A stretch of 63,454 nucleotides of DNA, counting the filler, from Pelomyxa schiedti (lineage: Eukaryota; Protista; Evosea), in assembly GCA_020536535.1 (NCBI GenBank). It is 9 parts of 9 records of this genome, joined end to end, with 100 filler letters (N's around TTAATTAATTAA, not from the genome) between each part and the next. Parts side by side here need not be neighbours in the genome. Positions count along the whole stretch, not along the records: positions 34,719 to 53,260 come from JAHLWZ010001116.1; 8 more parts are not named here. The stretch is one strand, 5' to 3'. Of this stretch, positions 37,684-49,427 are shown in pieces. Both the position numbers and the translations under genes were made by a program. Below the pieces are notes generated by a model. It searched no databases. It saw nothing but the letters and a program-made list of their open reading frames with translations, and was not told the origin of the DNA. The first letter of the stretch is position 1. The number at the start of each line of letters is the position of its first letter.

Positions 37684-40600
37684 TTAGTGAAGTGAGTTTT
37701 GGAGTGTGGGTGGCCTGTGTCTAGCTGGAGTGTATAATAAGCAGTATCCCGTGGGTAAGGAAGGATCAGGGGCAGTTGGCTTCCGGGAACAAAATGTGTC
37801 AAGAGCTGCATTTTTGGGAACTTTGGCCATTACTTGACTCCCAGTCTGTGGGTCCCTTTTGTTGAGAGTAAGTTCACTGTGGGATAAAAAAGAGAACTCC
37901 ACCCACCACCAATTAAAATCAAACCAAAAAAGGAAGAATACAAGAAAGAAGAAAAAGGGTCGTACATTGTGAGCTGCAAAAGGTCAATGAACTCACTCTG
38001 GCTGCATATGAAATCGGGAAGAGTTTTGTTAAGAGCGAGGTCTTTGCGTGATACAAGATAATGTCTTACAGAATTAGCGGCACGAAACCCAATTGCAAAG
38101 CTGCCCGGATGGCTGCACGGAAAAAGGAGGAGGAGGAAAAGAAAGTAAGTGAAAAAAAATTATGGGTGAAGCTTTGTAACAAACGTCTCACTGAATCTGA
38201 CAATGAAGGCCCCAGGTTCTACTTGTAGTAAATAAGAATCAACTTCATTTTTGGCAACGAAACCGTAAACCAACCTAAAGTTTTTTTTGGTGAACAAATA
38301 TTGATTCTGTGAAGTACAGTACCCATTTGTCCAGAGGTTCAAAATTGGTCTCTGGTGTCTCAGGGTGTTCAGTGTATCACCTAACCTGGGCACTGGTTAG
38401 TATCACATTTCATGATGATTGGCTAGAAACCATTGCCAAAATCTCTCAAAAGAATTGAGGTGTACTAGGGTACCCTCACCTATATCGAGGAAGTGTTATT
38501 ATGTGCAAGTACTTCAGCCTAACACACCAAAGAACGTCTTGTGGAAATAGAGGAAATCTCTTGTGGAAAGGGGTCTTTTCGGTGAGGCTAGTGGCTGTCG
38601 GGAAGTACGTATAAAATGCCTCTGAAGAGTATTTGCAAACTGAGGCCAGGTAGCTTCAGTCTGGTAGGATGAGAATATTGGTAAAATAGATTTTGTTTAC
38701 TTGCTGGCCAAATGCGTCTCTCTTAAGAAGAGCACCAGCACTCCCCCTCCATTGATCTTTGTGAGTGATTACAACGAAGTATGGAGTAGGGTTGCTCTCC
38801 ACTGTGAGAGCAATAGTAAGGGGTTGAAGTGGAAGTGCTGATGTGGGTTGTGAGACTGCCATTTTGGGTTGTATTTGCACAGAAAACTTGAGAGACACGG
38901 CACTGTTCTTAGAGCCTGGGTGGAAATGAGGATACATAAAAATGAGGATATTTTGGGTTACCGTCTAGAAACTTGAAATTGAAGCGGGCACAAAGGGTTG
39001 AAGGATCAAGAGCAGCATATTCTGGTTCTAGGAGACCATGAACAGCAACTTTAAGTGCATGCTGGTTGTCTGACACAACACTGACCTGCACATATGAAAT
39101 ACGTTCTACTTGAAAACTGTATGCAGTAATTGTTGGTAATATAAATCTTCACAACCCCTTTTACCTTGGAGGTAATAAGAGCTGTACTTCAACAGTATCA
39201 GCCCCGAACAAGTGGTCATTTTTTCGCAAAACAAGAGGAAACGGGTGCCTCTTAACAATAAGAATAGGCAGGGCACGTGAACTAAGTGGAAACATTAATT
39301 GCAATTGGGACTGATAAGAAGATGACCTTGCATTTTGACTTCCTTGTGGAAGATAATTTGTATCTGGAGGGGTAGAAGGGGCCAGTGTATGTGGAGACGG
39401 GCTGGGAATTGCTAAAGGGGTAGTTGCATATATCGATGTGCTTGGAGAGAATGGTGGTGTGTGTGATTGTACAGGTTGTGTATTTAAATCGCTCAGAATG
39501 AGGTTAAGATGTGGGATGAGAGTGTTGAGATCCAGTACAGCCAGTCTGACTGTATCGAGATCTGGGGAATCTAGTATGGTGCTTTGAAACATCACGGAAA
39601 TTTGCTACATGGTTGGTAGAGGAAAATAGCTCGCTCGGAGTTGACTTACTTGGAGTTGTTTCTCTGATTCGTTCAAAAGAAAATTTGCTTCACTGAAAAT
39701 GGAATTGAATTCAGCTGGATTTTGGTGTTTTAGCCACTGACGGTGCCTCTATTTATGATTACCCAATAGTTTTGAAGCATGTAATACCTCTGATAATTGA
39801 TAGACATGAGCTGTGTGCAATGCGAGCGAATTTTTGATGGCCAAAAGCCTATCAGTGACACTTTCTGTTTCCAAGGAATTTTGGAGTGGGAGTTGAGGTT
39901 GTGGTAACTGTGCATGAGGAGATGGTGGTGTAGACTGGGTAATTGGGTGAGAATTGGATGCACCTTGTGGATAACTATATCCCTGTGGGAAACTGGCTGG
40001 TGGAGTGGGTGGTGCACTGTGGGAATACAAATGCGTTTGACAAGGGCTAATTTGTGGGTCTAAAACTAGGCCATTTGGGCATGAAGGGGAAGTGGACAAT
40101 GAACCTGGCGTAGAGCAAGCTGATGGAGAGGAAGGTTGAGTTCTAGCAACCGATTCAGAAGAGGATGTGAGCTGAGGAGACCTATTCTCGAGAATTGCTC
40201 CACCATTGCAATAAAGTTCTGTGGCTGTGTAGGAGTCATACTCGAAGGGAACCTGGAGAATTAAGGAAGAAAATCAAGGAGTATGTTTGCTTGTACAAAT
40301 CGGTGATAGTATGCAGGATTCGTGTTCATTTTTCCCGGTGTAGATAGTTGTGGTGTAAAAGCACCCTGCGCTGGAGCTGTATTTACATTGAGTTGAGGCT
40401 GACCCGTTGTCAACCAATCTGCACAAACAAAAAAAAAAGAGTGGCCATGTCATTTCCACAATCAGATGTAACAAATGGAGTAGGGGAGGGGAGAAAACAT
40501 ACCACAATTCTGAGGTAGCATGGTAGAAACACTACTGCTTTGCACTAAATTTTCAAACATTGCATCGTCCTTGACAAAACCCAAAACGTCACATGAAGAT

Positions 40601-40854
40601 AGCCAAACTTCCAAATACACAACAACAAAGAAGAAGGAGAGTAGAAAGGGGAAAACAAAAAAAAAACGGGTTTCTACAGAATGAAGGGACACGTCAGATG
40701 ATGGGGGTGTGATGTCACTCCCCGGCATTATTGGCATGGCCATTGGCATTGGTGGCGTCATCAATGGCGGCGGCGGTTGTTGTCTCAGTCCCTCAGTCGT
40801 ACCTGTGGTGTTGGTACCATTCCCCACGTTGTTGTTTCCTCTCGGCACCCACAT
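37684..40854 (-). CDS. STAT: Dictyostelium-type STAT transcription factor (multi-exon)
   Basis: HPFPLVL, FNFKFLDG, SLKFSVQI, VESNPTPYFVVITHKDQW, TWPQFANTLQRHF, FWQWLGDTLNTLRHQR, SH2 YGF...PGAFIVRFSE, C-terminal GY. Confidence 0.92.
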
Positions 40855-41002
40855 CGAATCGTTGACTGATTGATCAGAAAAGAGCAAGCGTTATCTGTTA
40901 TCAAAGTCCTTTGTTTGGTTTTCCGGCGGAAGAAAAAACGCGCATCAAAAAGTGTTCTGGTTGTGTTTTATTCCCTGTAGTTCCCTTTGGTTTACTACAA
41001 AC

Positions 41003-43579
41003 CTAAATCCTCGTTGGGTTTGTATTGGGAACCTCACTTTTAGTGGGTACTAGTGGATTGTTGTTAGCAGAAGTGTTCATAGAAGGAGGAGTGGCTTGTG
41101 GTATGGTCATTGTTGCTGTTGTTGCATTGCTAAGTGCGGGAGGTATTTGATGTTGCTGTTGGTGTTGATTGGTTGTTGCTGCTGTTGTGTGTTGAGTCCG
41201 GGCAGCAATCCGTTGCAGTTCTCCTTGTAACTGTAATTTGTGTTACTGTTACTGGCTTTTTTCGAATAAGAAAGGGTGGCAATTGCTTACCACTGTTTTG
41301 ACTCGTTGCACAGCAACTTGGGATTTCTCGGGACCAGATACAGTCTCTGGCGTATATGGACTGGCTATAGTCACGTCATCAAATACTTTAATGTCACCAT
41401 TGGGCTGCCAGCTGCACCGGAGCCTGTATGTGTTGTTAGTATTTAACTCTTACTCACGGTAAAGTTATGAAACACTACAGAAGCATAGCACACACACGTT
41501 TTTGAGAGTGAGTTGTAGACTTCTTGGGCATGGGTCGTTACATTCACTCCAATTTTGGCTGCTTCAGTGGCTTTCTCTCTTAGTGCTGCAGCTTCCCGAG
41601 CTTGCAACAGCTGATAATTTGGAGGCCCGGGAGGTAAAAATGGACTGTGTCCTTGATGCATGGGAAGCTCTATTATCTAATCGAGTGTAAGAGATATCAG
41701 ATATATGAAATGAACCTTTAATGACTTGACACAATCTCCATTCACAATCTTCAGGATTCTTTTACCGGCATTCACTACATAAATTCGTTTAGTAAAAAAG
41801 AAAAGGGATGTTGCACATACACTCGATTAGTACAATGGACTTGCTTGGATGGCGATAAGCAACTATTTCTCCTTCGACCACGTCGCCAGTTACAAGTGTC
41901 AAGTGTACTTTGTTCCCCACGGCAGTGCTATAGGAGGGTGCACCAAAACTGTGTTTACAACAGCAACAAGGCGGTCTCCCCCATTGCTCAGGTGTAACAC
42001 CTCCCCCAAAGGTCTCAGTCATTCCTGATTGAGTTGGCAGAGCATTTTGGGAGGGTCCTTTTTGGTTCGATTGTTGAGACGTTGCCATAGTGTCCTCCAT
42101 TGGATTCTGTGATGGACGTTTCTGGTGGTGAATGGCATCAATTTGCGCCGTATGTTGTAGATTATTTGTTTGAGTGCAAGTAGCAGTTGCTGCCCGATTG
42201 TCGTTTGAGGTTGGAGTATCACTTTTTCTTCTCTTCTTACCTTTTTTTGAGTGAGATGGGGATAAATCAGGAGCACCCTCACGGTCAAAATTGGTGTCTG
42301 CTGAAAAGGTATTGTTGGGTTTTGTGGTAGTGGTTGAAGGCCCAAGGACTGGGTGACTTGAGTTTTCCTGGTGCCGGCATCGATTAACTTCTAGCTGCGA
42401 AGTAGTACTGTGCTTTGTTTCTCCATATCCCCCACCCTCATCACTGTATTCTTCATACTCCTCATCACTGCGCTCGTTGCGTGGCAGCGAACCCCGCCGA
42501 TCCTGCAGCAAGTGGCCTGTCTGGCTAGTAACTGAAATGTGGGAAGGTTGTTGCTGTTGCTGGAATAGTGCGGGATTCTGGTTTATAGCTTCCTGCCTCT
42601 GCAAACCACCGGATGCCGCCGCCATCATCACCGCTGATGCTTGTGTTTGTGCTTGTTGTTGTTGTTGCCCCACACAATCTCCCGTGGATTCCTTCGTAAG
42701 TGAAGCCTGATGCTGCTGCTGCTGCTGCTGCTGCTGTTGTTGGTGTTGTTGTTGTTGCAGTTGTAGCTGCAGTTGCTGCTGAGCCTGCAGAGATGGAATT
42801 ACTTGAGGAATCGACGGGGCCATCAGCGGCTGAGTGAGCGGCGACCCAGGCGGCGCCATACATGCCAAGCCCACCGGCGTCGGGCCCAGCGGAGGGCTGG
42901 GGCTGGGACTCGCCGACTTTATCAGATACGAGGACCCTCCGCCTCCCCCGGATCCCACTCCCCCGCTGCCCCCCATCCCAATCCCCATCCCCATGCCCAT
43001 GCCCATCCCCATTCCCAGGGACATGGCTGAGGGCCCCAGGGTGAGGTCCACGCAGGGGGGAGTCCTCGACGTCTTGAGGATGGTGATGGTCCGAGCGTTG
43101 CTCGAGCACGTGACGGTCCTCGTCGTCGTGACCAGCGGCGGGGTCGGCGACTGGCACGGCAATGCTGGCGACGATGACGACGACGACGTTGGGGAGGAGC
43201 CAACTACTACTACTACTCCTCCTCCTCCTTGTTGTTGTTGCTGCTGTTGTTGTAGTTGCAGTTGTTGCTGTGGCTGTGGTGGTGGCAGCGCCGTCACCGT
43301 CACCGTCACCTGTGGTGGTTGTTGCTGTGGCTGTTGTTGTTGGTTGGCCGTGGGTGATGATTTAGGTATTACTGTTGAGAGGCTCTCGTTGGTTGTGATG
43401 TTGGTGTTGGTTGCATTAACATGGGCTGTTTGTTGTGGTACATTGACTTGCTGCTGCTGCTGCTGTTGTTGGGCTTGATGGTGGTACTGGTATTGCTGTT
43501 GCTGTTGGTCTTGCTGTTGTTGGTAGTGCACGTGGTTGTGCTGTTGTTGCCTCCTTGGCCTCATATTAGCCGATGACAT
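41003..43579 (-). CDS. LSM12: LSM12-like protein (Lsm + anticodon-binding AD domain) with a long polyQ N-terminal extension
   Basis: VGNKVHLTLVTGDVVEGEIVAY; AAKIGVNVTTHAQEVYNSLSKT|LRCSW...IKVFDDVTIASPY...VQRVKTV|L. Confidence 0.85.
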
Positions 43580-43710
43580 ACCCCGAGTGTTGGTGACCTT
43601 TCGATTGGGTTACGCGACACCGATGTCCGATTTTTTTTACCCTTTCTCTTTGTTGGTTTCTTTGGTTTTTTTTTTATACTAAGTGGTGATTGGGGGTAGT
43701 ATCGAGGGTT

Positions 43711-46700
43711 TTACAGGGAGTAGAAGACTGAGGGGTCGTGGTCGTGGGGTTCACAGGGGGCACCTAGGTTATTGGATGCAATGAGGGAATTTATCATCTC
43801 CACGAGTGTGTGGCTGGTTAGTGTGTCATGGGAGTCCCCAACTGGAACAGAAAGCCGAACGCTTGCTTGTGGGTCATAGGATACTCGCGTTACTCTGAGA
43901 TAGTGGTTTGTTTGTTTGTGTTTGGTGGTTTGTGATTGTTGAGAAAGTGGAATGGTGATGATGAGGAGGAGAAAAACCTTTTGTGGAATGGGCGTCCTTT
44001 GACTTTGGAAATGGTGAACGGTGTTGACTTCTCGTCATTGAAACTCACTCGGACAAGGAATGTTCCCTCAGCTTTATTCATAAGCCTCCTTTCAGACTTG
44101 ATGCGGTCAATGTCCATATGGAACCATTGTTGTTGCAAAAGTTCAATGATCTAGATTGGTCAGACATCCTTGCTGCTGATGTTTTTTTTTTTTTGCTCAC
44201 CTCTTCATAAATCGGAATACCTTCAGGAGTAAAAAATGGACCAAACCATTTACAGAACTGCCGAAGAATTAAAGATTAAAAAAATTGAGGAGGTAGGAAA
44301 ACTAACAAACTTGGCCAAATCTTTCTAATGTAACAACTTTGATTCCTGTATCAATAGTTTCACTGGGTGGATTTACTCCTTTGGAAAAGTTGAGAATTAA
44401 TTACCCAAAAGAAGAGAAAATCACCAATAAATTTGGAAAATAGTGGCAGGCTAGTTTTAATCGAAGGTGAATGTACAACACAGAGAGCATCTGTGAAGTC
44501 TTCAACAAGGATCATGTCTTGAAGTCGCTATAAAAATGGAAGTTAAATAAGAAAACTAGGCAGGAAGGAAACCTGGCTGCAAAAGTGTTTCCTCCAAAAC
44601 AGTCTAGCAGCAGGATCATCAAGCAGGCACTCCATCAAAGAGGTCTCCAAAACAGAGAGTAATTCAGGGAAAGAAGGTCGCTTGCTTGGGATTGGATCCC
44701 AACTTGCCTTTATTCCAGCTACTAAGGAAGGTGGCATGGATTCCTCCGGAAGTACTGGTCGTTCGTTTCGAACGCATACCGCCTTATTTTCTTTTAAAAA
44801 AGGATGTGGGAAGAGGAAACTACATCAAAAAATGAATCCAAATCAGTATATTGAGAGAAGGGCTCTGAACCAGTAATGAGTTCATACAATATCAAGGCAA
44901 AAGAATAGCTGGAGGAGGCGAGTCAGTTAAAACAAATGAGAGCACATTCACTAACACATCAGCTTTTTCATTGAACTCGTCCATTCTCATCACTTCAGGG
45001 GCCATATACAGAGCTTTTTGGTTTTTTTAATTTTAAAAAAGATTGAAAGGGAAAAAGAGTACCAGTTCCTTTTGGCCCTCTCATGTCCTTCATGTTTCTG
45101 TTTGTCCTAAGTGTTTCACTGAATCCAAAGTCAGTGACCTATTACTGAGAAAGTCAAAGAATAAAGAAATGGAAATTTACTTTAATGTGGTTATGCTCAT
45201 CGATTAGTAGGTTAGCTGGCTTCAAATCTGCTCGCAATTAGAACAAAAGGAGGATTTATTACAAACCTCGGTGGAGAATATGGCATATTCCATGAAGCCA
45301 GTTCATTCCATACACCTATTGCAGTAAGTCTTCCTGGCCCGTTTTATTGTGAAGAAATAAAAAGAAACGTACTGCATCTCTAGCCATATTGAGCTTTTGT
45401 TGCATAGTGAGTTTTTCAAACAAATTAGGTGCATGGATGAGTTGGTCCAGATCTCCATGCAACAGTTCAGTCACGATCATTAAATTACCAGGGTTCGTGC
45501 ACGCCCCTAGGCACAAAACCACTGCACCACTGATTAACACAAAAAGAAAAATTGTTGATGGAGAAACCGTTTGGATGGAATATCTTTCTGTCTTTCGCGT
45601 TAATAGGAGAAAAGAAAAGGAAATTTAAGTACCTCATAATCATGACTTCATGCCGGAACATTTGAAGCTCTCCTGGGGTGAGATTTTGCTTCAAAGGTAC
45701 TTTTACAGCAACCGAAGTGCCTCTGCAGTTTGCTGTTGGAAATTAAATGAATAAAGGAGGACAACGGTTAGATAAACTGTGAACCTTTGTAAACAGAGCC
45801 AAAGGCACCACCTCCCAAGTAGTCTTTAGTTTTATCAAAAACAATTTCGGAGGGAGGAATTTCAGGAGGGCCAGCGTTTTGAACCTAAAAGTAATTAGGT
45901 GTGAAGTGATATACAAAGGGAGGGACCCGTTGTTCATTTTGCTGGGAATAAGCCACCGTGTTGGGGCCATAGACACCACCCGCTTCTACTGGTTTTTTTG
46001 GGGTGTCACTAGGCACAGATGTAGGAAGAGCTGCCGTAGGACTTCCAGTATTTGGTGCTGTGGGAGCATCACTATTAGTTGGGGCACTGGCAGCTCCAGA
46101 AGAATTTGCTTCAACACACTGGAGGTTTGTAAGAAGGAAAAATGAAGACGATAATAGGACCTCTGCTGAATTAACTAAATCGGGTCTTGTTTCAGCAATT
46201 GTCTGAAGAAAAGGGTCAGAGGAAAAAAGGAGTAACACTGGTCTCTACCGATACTACATCAATTACACGAGCGATTTCATTTACTACTTTGCTGAGTTCT
46301 CGATCTGCCTCCTGAATCCAAAGATTACAACCCGAGAATTTAAGATGGATTTCATAGCAGAGAACACGAGAAGAGGGTGTGATAACCACACCTTAATTTT
46401 TGCCTTTTCGCGTTCGTGAGTCCGTATGTATTCCAATAAATCACTCTGTAGACCACATAATTTATGCAGTGTGCTCCTCAGAGGCCCAATGCCCGAACTC
46501 GCATCCAATCTTTTACTTTTTTTTTGTTGTTTTTGAAAGTCAATATAGTGGTGTTGCCAAACGCAACCGCAATTTTGTTTTTGTGCTTGTAATATTGGCG
46601 TTATGGGTGGGAATGAGGAAAGGGGGACGGAGAAACTTGATGAGGTCCTCTGCGAATTTGATAAGTGCAGTTAGGTCCTGGTGTGTGGGCTGTGGCGGTG

Positions 46701-46743
46701 GCGACGTGGACGGTGTGGTCGTTGTCGTGCTAGTGGTTGCCAT
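43711..46743 (-). CDS. shk: Shk-family TKL kinase with C-terminal SH2 domain (multi-exon)
   Basis: LPEIPPSEI, LGGGAFGSVYK, VAVK, GMNWLHG...HR|DLKPANLL, DFG, YMAPEV, ARLFWRKHF, WFGP, SH2 WFHMDI...GTFLVRVS...PFTISKV; start at 46743 or 46508. Confidence 0.92.
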
Positions 46744-46945
46744 TTGATTTCTTTACAGAGGAAAAATTGGCATTCCGAGAAATCGCCAGATCTAAGAAGG
46801 GATCACTACTGACCGGCGGCAAGCCTTCTCGGCTACATTGGGTATGACGTGTTACATTCAATCTTGAGGGTTTGCGCAGTGGCACTTCCAGTGACTGCTT
46901 GATGAGTGAGGAAGAACCATCTGATCAAAATTCGGTTTGAAAAAA

Positions 46946-49361
46946 ATGCGATTCGGGGAGTACGAGAACCTTGAAGAGGCGCAACGGTACGGTTGTGTTA
47001 GTGAATGACTCAAACTTCACGTTTCGGTGGTGTTGTGGGTCCCATAGCTGTGGTGGTTTTTTTTTATGTGTCCTTTCTTTTTCCTTTCCTCTCACATGCG
47101 TTTCTAATTGAAGAGAAAAGGTCTCGGATGGCGGCGCGGGGGGTCGTCGCAGGCCCAAACCAAGTTGGTGGGTTCGCGGCAGCCCGGTGGCCTGGGCGGC
47201 CGTCGTGACTCTCGGGTTCGTAAGCCTCGTGCTCGCCACGGTCGTGGGCTACCTCGTGGCCGGCGCCAACGACGACGGCGACGCCGTCCCACAATCCGCC
47301 GACGGGTGCCTCTACACCTCGCAGGAGATAGTAGATCTGACTCTCCAGGCCGAGGAGTTCTACGGCTGCGTCCTGTTTCACAGCAACGCACTCTTTGCTT
47401 CCCTGTCAATCGACGACCTTGATGACTGCTACTGGGACCTGGGATCCAATCAAACGATACAGATTCTTGCTTCGCTGAAGGACCGGGCCGAGGCGGCGAT
47501 GTTGGACTCCAAAACAAAAAGTTCGGAGAAGATAGGACTGGAGACCATAGCTAATGATGTATCTATGGCACTAACTCTTGTGGAAAAGGGACATTATATT
47601 GCTGGTACTGCTGACCCATGGAGGGACTATGCATGGTTGCCAGATTGGATCATTGAGGGTTACTACATTCTCTCTGTGATCACGTGGGGTGATATGAGTG
47701 CCCAGGAAGGTTATGAAGATAGTGTTCTGCGATGGCTCGGCAGTTATAGTGATGCTGTACTGACGTGGTACTCGGCTATGCAGAAGGCTGCAGCTGAGCA
47801 CAAGGTCCATGCGAAAGTGGTGATGGATATTCAAAGTCCGTACTATCTTGAAGCATATAGTGCAAACTACACTCAAATATGTGCCACATTTGTCACTGAA
47901 GCTGGAAAGTCACAATGCGTTACACAGACATCAGTAATCAATGGCGACCTTGCTCGCATGCTATCGTTTTTCCAAAATTCTTATCTTCCAGCATGTGAGG
48001 CCTACAGGCCTGATGAAAAATCCGGACTGGTGAACATTCCGGATGGTCTTGAAGTTTATCAAGCGTGGCTTGACTACCACCTTGGCTATGCTGAAACTGC
48101 CCTGAATATATATGAAATTGGCGTACAGCGGGTAGAGGATAACAGGCTTAATATTGTATCCACAATTCAAGTCATTGATCCTACTATTCTGACTTTCGAG
48201 GAGGCTTCAATTTCTCTCTCTAATGCAAATGACTCACGTTGGTACATTTGCACCAACGACGTATCCTACGTCATAAATTACGTCACATTACTCAAGGCGG
48301 AAATTGAGAAGTACATAATACCGGACTTTGAATACTTCCCGGGAATAAGGGCTGATGTTACTGTTGATGGAGGGCCTTCAACTTATTCATCACCAGGTGT
48401 ATATGACCACGAATACAACTTCTGGGTATCTCCAGCTGCCTACAATGTTGGACAAATGGAGTACTGCTACACGGAGAATGGCACTCAAGCTTACTATTAT
48501 GAACGCAATGTAATCAGTACTGTGGCACATGAAGCTAGTCCCGGACATGCTCACCAACTTGCAATTGGTGCGGAGGTAGACTGTCCTCTTGGTGGCGGCT
48601 ATTCATCCGGCTCTACACTGTTCATTGAAGGGTGGGCATTGTACAGTGAAACGGAACTGTATTCCATGGGAAATTCTGATTTTGGGCCCAAGGGTCTATA
48701 CGAGGACCCATACAACGAGCTAAGTTTCTACACTGCACAAATGCTTCGTAATGTAAGGCTTGTTGTGGATCCCGCGATGCACGGTGATATCTCGCCATAC
48801 CCGAATTTTTCCTGGTCTGATTGTGTAGAGTTTATGGTTAACAACTCTTTCAGTCTGTATTTAGCGCAAAGTGAATGCGAGAGATACTTACAGATGCCGG
48901 GTCAAGCAACTTCCTACATGCTTGGTAATATCAAAATGCTTGAGCTGCGAAAGTACGCTGAGCAGCTTATGGGAGCCTTATTTGTGCCGGCACAGTACCA
49001 TAATTTGGTTCTCAGGTGGAATGCCATGTCCTACGATCAACTTCACAGTTTGGTTGATACTTGGGTACTCTCCACCCTCGATCCAACAAACGAAACCCTT
49101 TCCACAATGTTTGGGTATGATTTGATCACAGAGGAAATGTTCTCTAGAACAAGACCAACTGTAGGACTGGGCAGAGCAAAAGTGAATGAGACGAATTCGA
49201 ATTCTGCCGGAAGCAAGCAAAAAGTTTCGTCACATGGAAGTCAAGCCAAAAAAAGCCCAAGCCAAACAAAACTGCTCCTTACTCTAAATATGGACAGACA
49301 CAGCCATTTGGCTGTTGGGGACTTGGCAAAACCTTGTACTACAAAAATAACTAAAAAATAA
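46946..49361 (+). CDS. DUF885-family (zincin-like) protein with N-terminal signal anchor; one 5' intron
   Basis: VAHEASPGHAHQL, FIEGWALYSE, RNVRLVVDPAMH, ECERYLQMPGQATSYMLG; TM at ~47190-47260; probable first exon 46946-46986 spliced to 47114. Confidence 0.9.
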
Positions 49362-49427
49362 GTGCTTCTTTTACCTCTTTTTATCCTTTTTTTTTTTAAC
49401 AACGTGGTTCTAACAAAACAGTTTGTC

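Noticed and set aside
46870-46885. TTTGCGCAGTGGCA similarity to the 5' end of vertebrate U4 snRNA
   Set aside because: No downstream U4 stem-loop or Sm site; a short match can be chance
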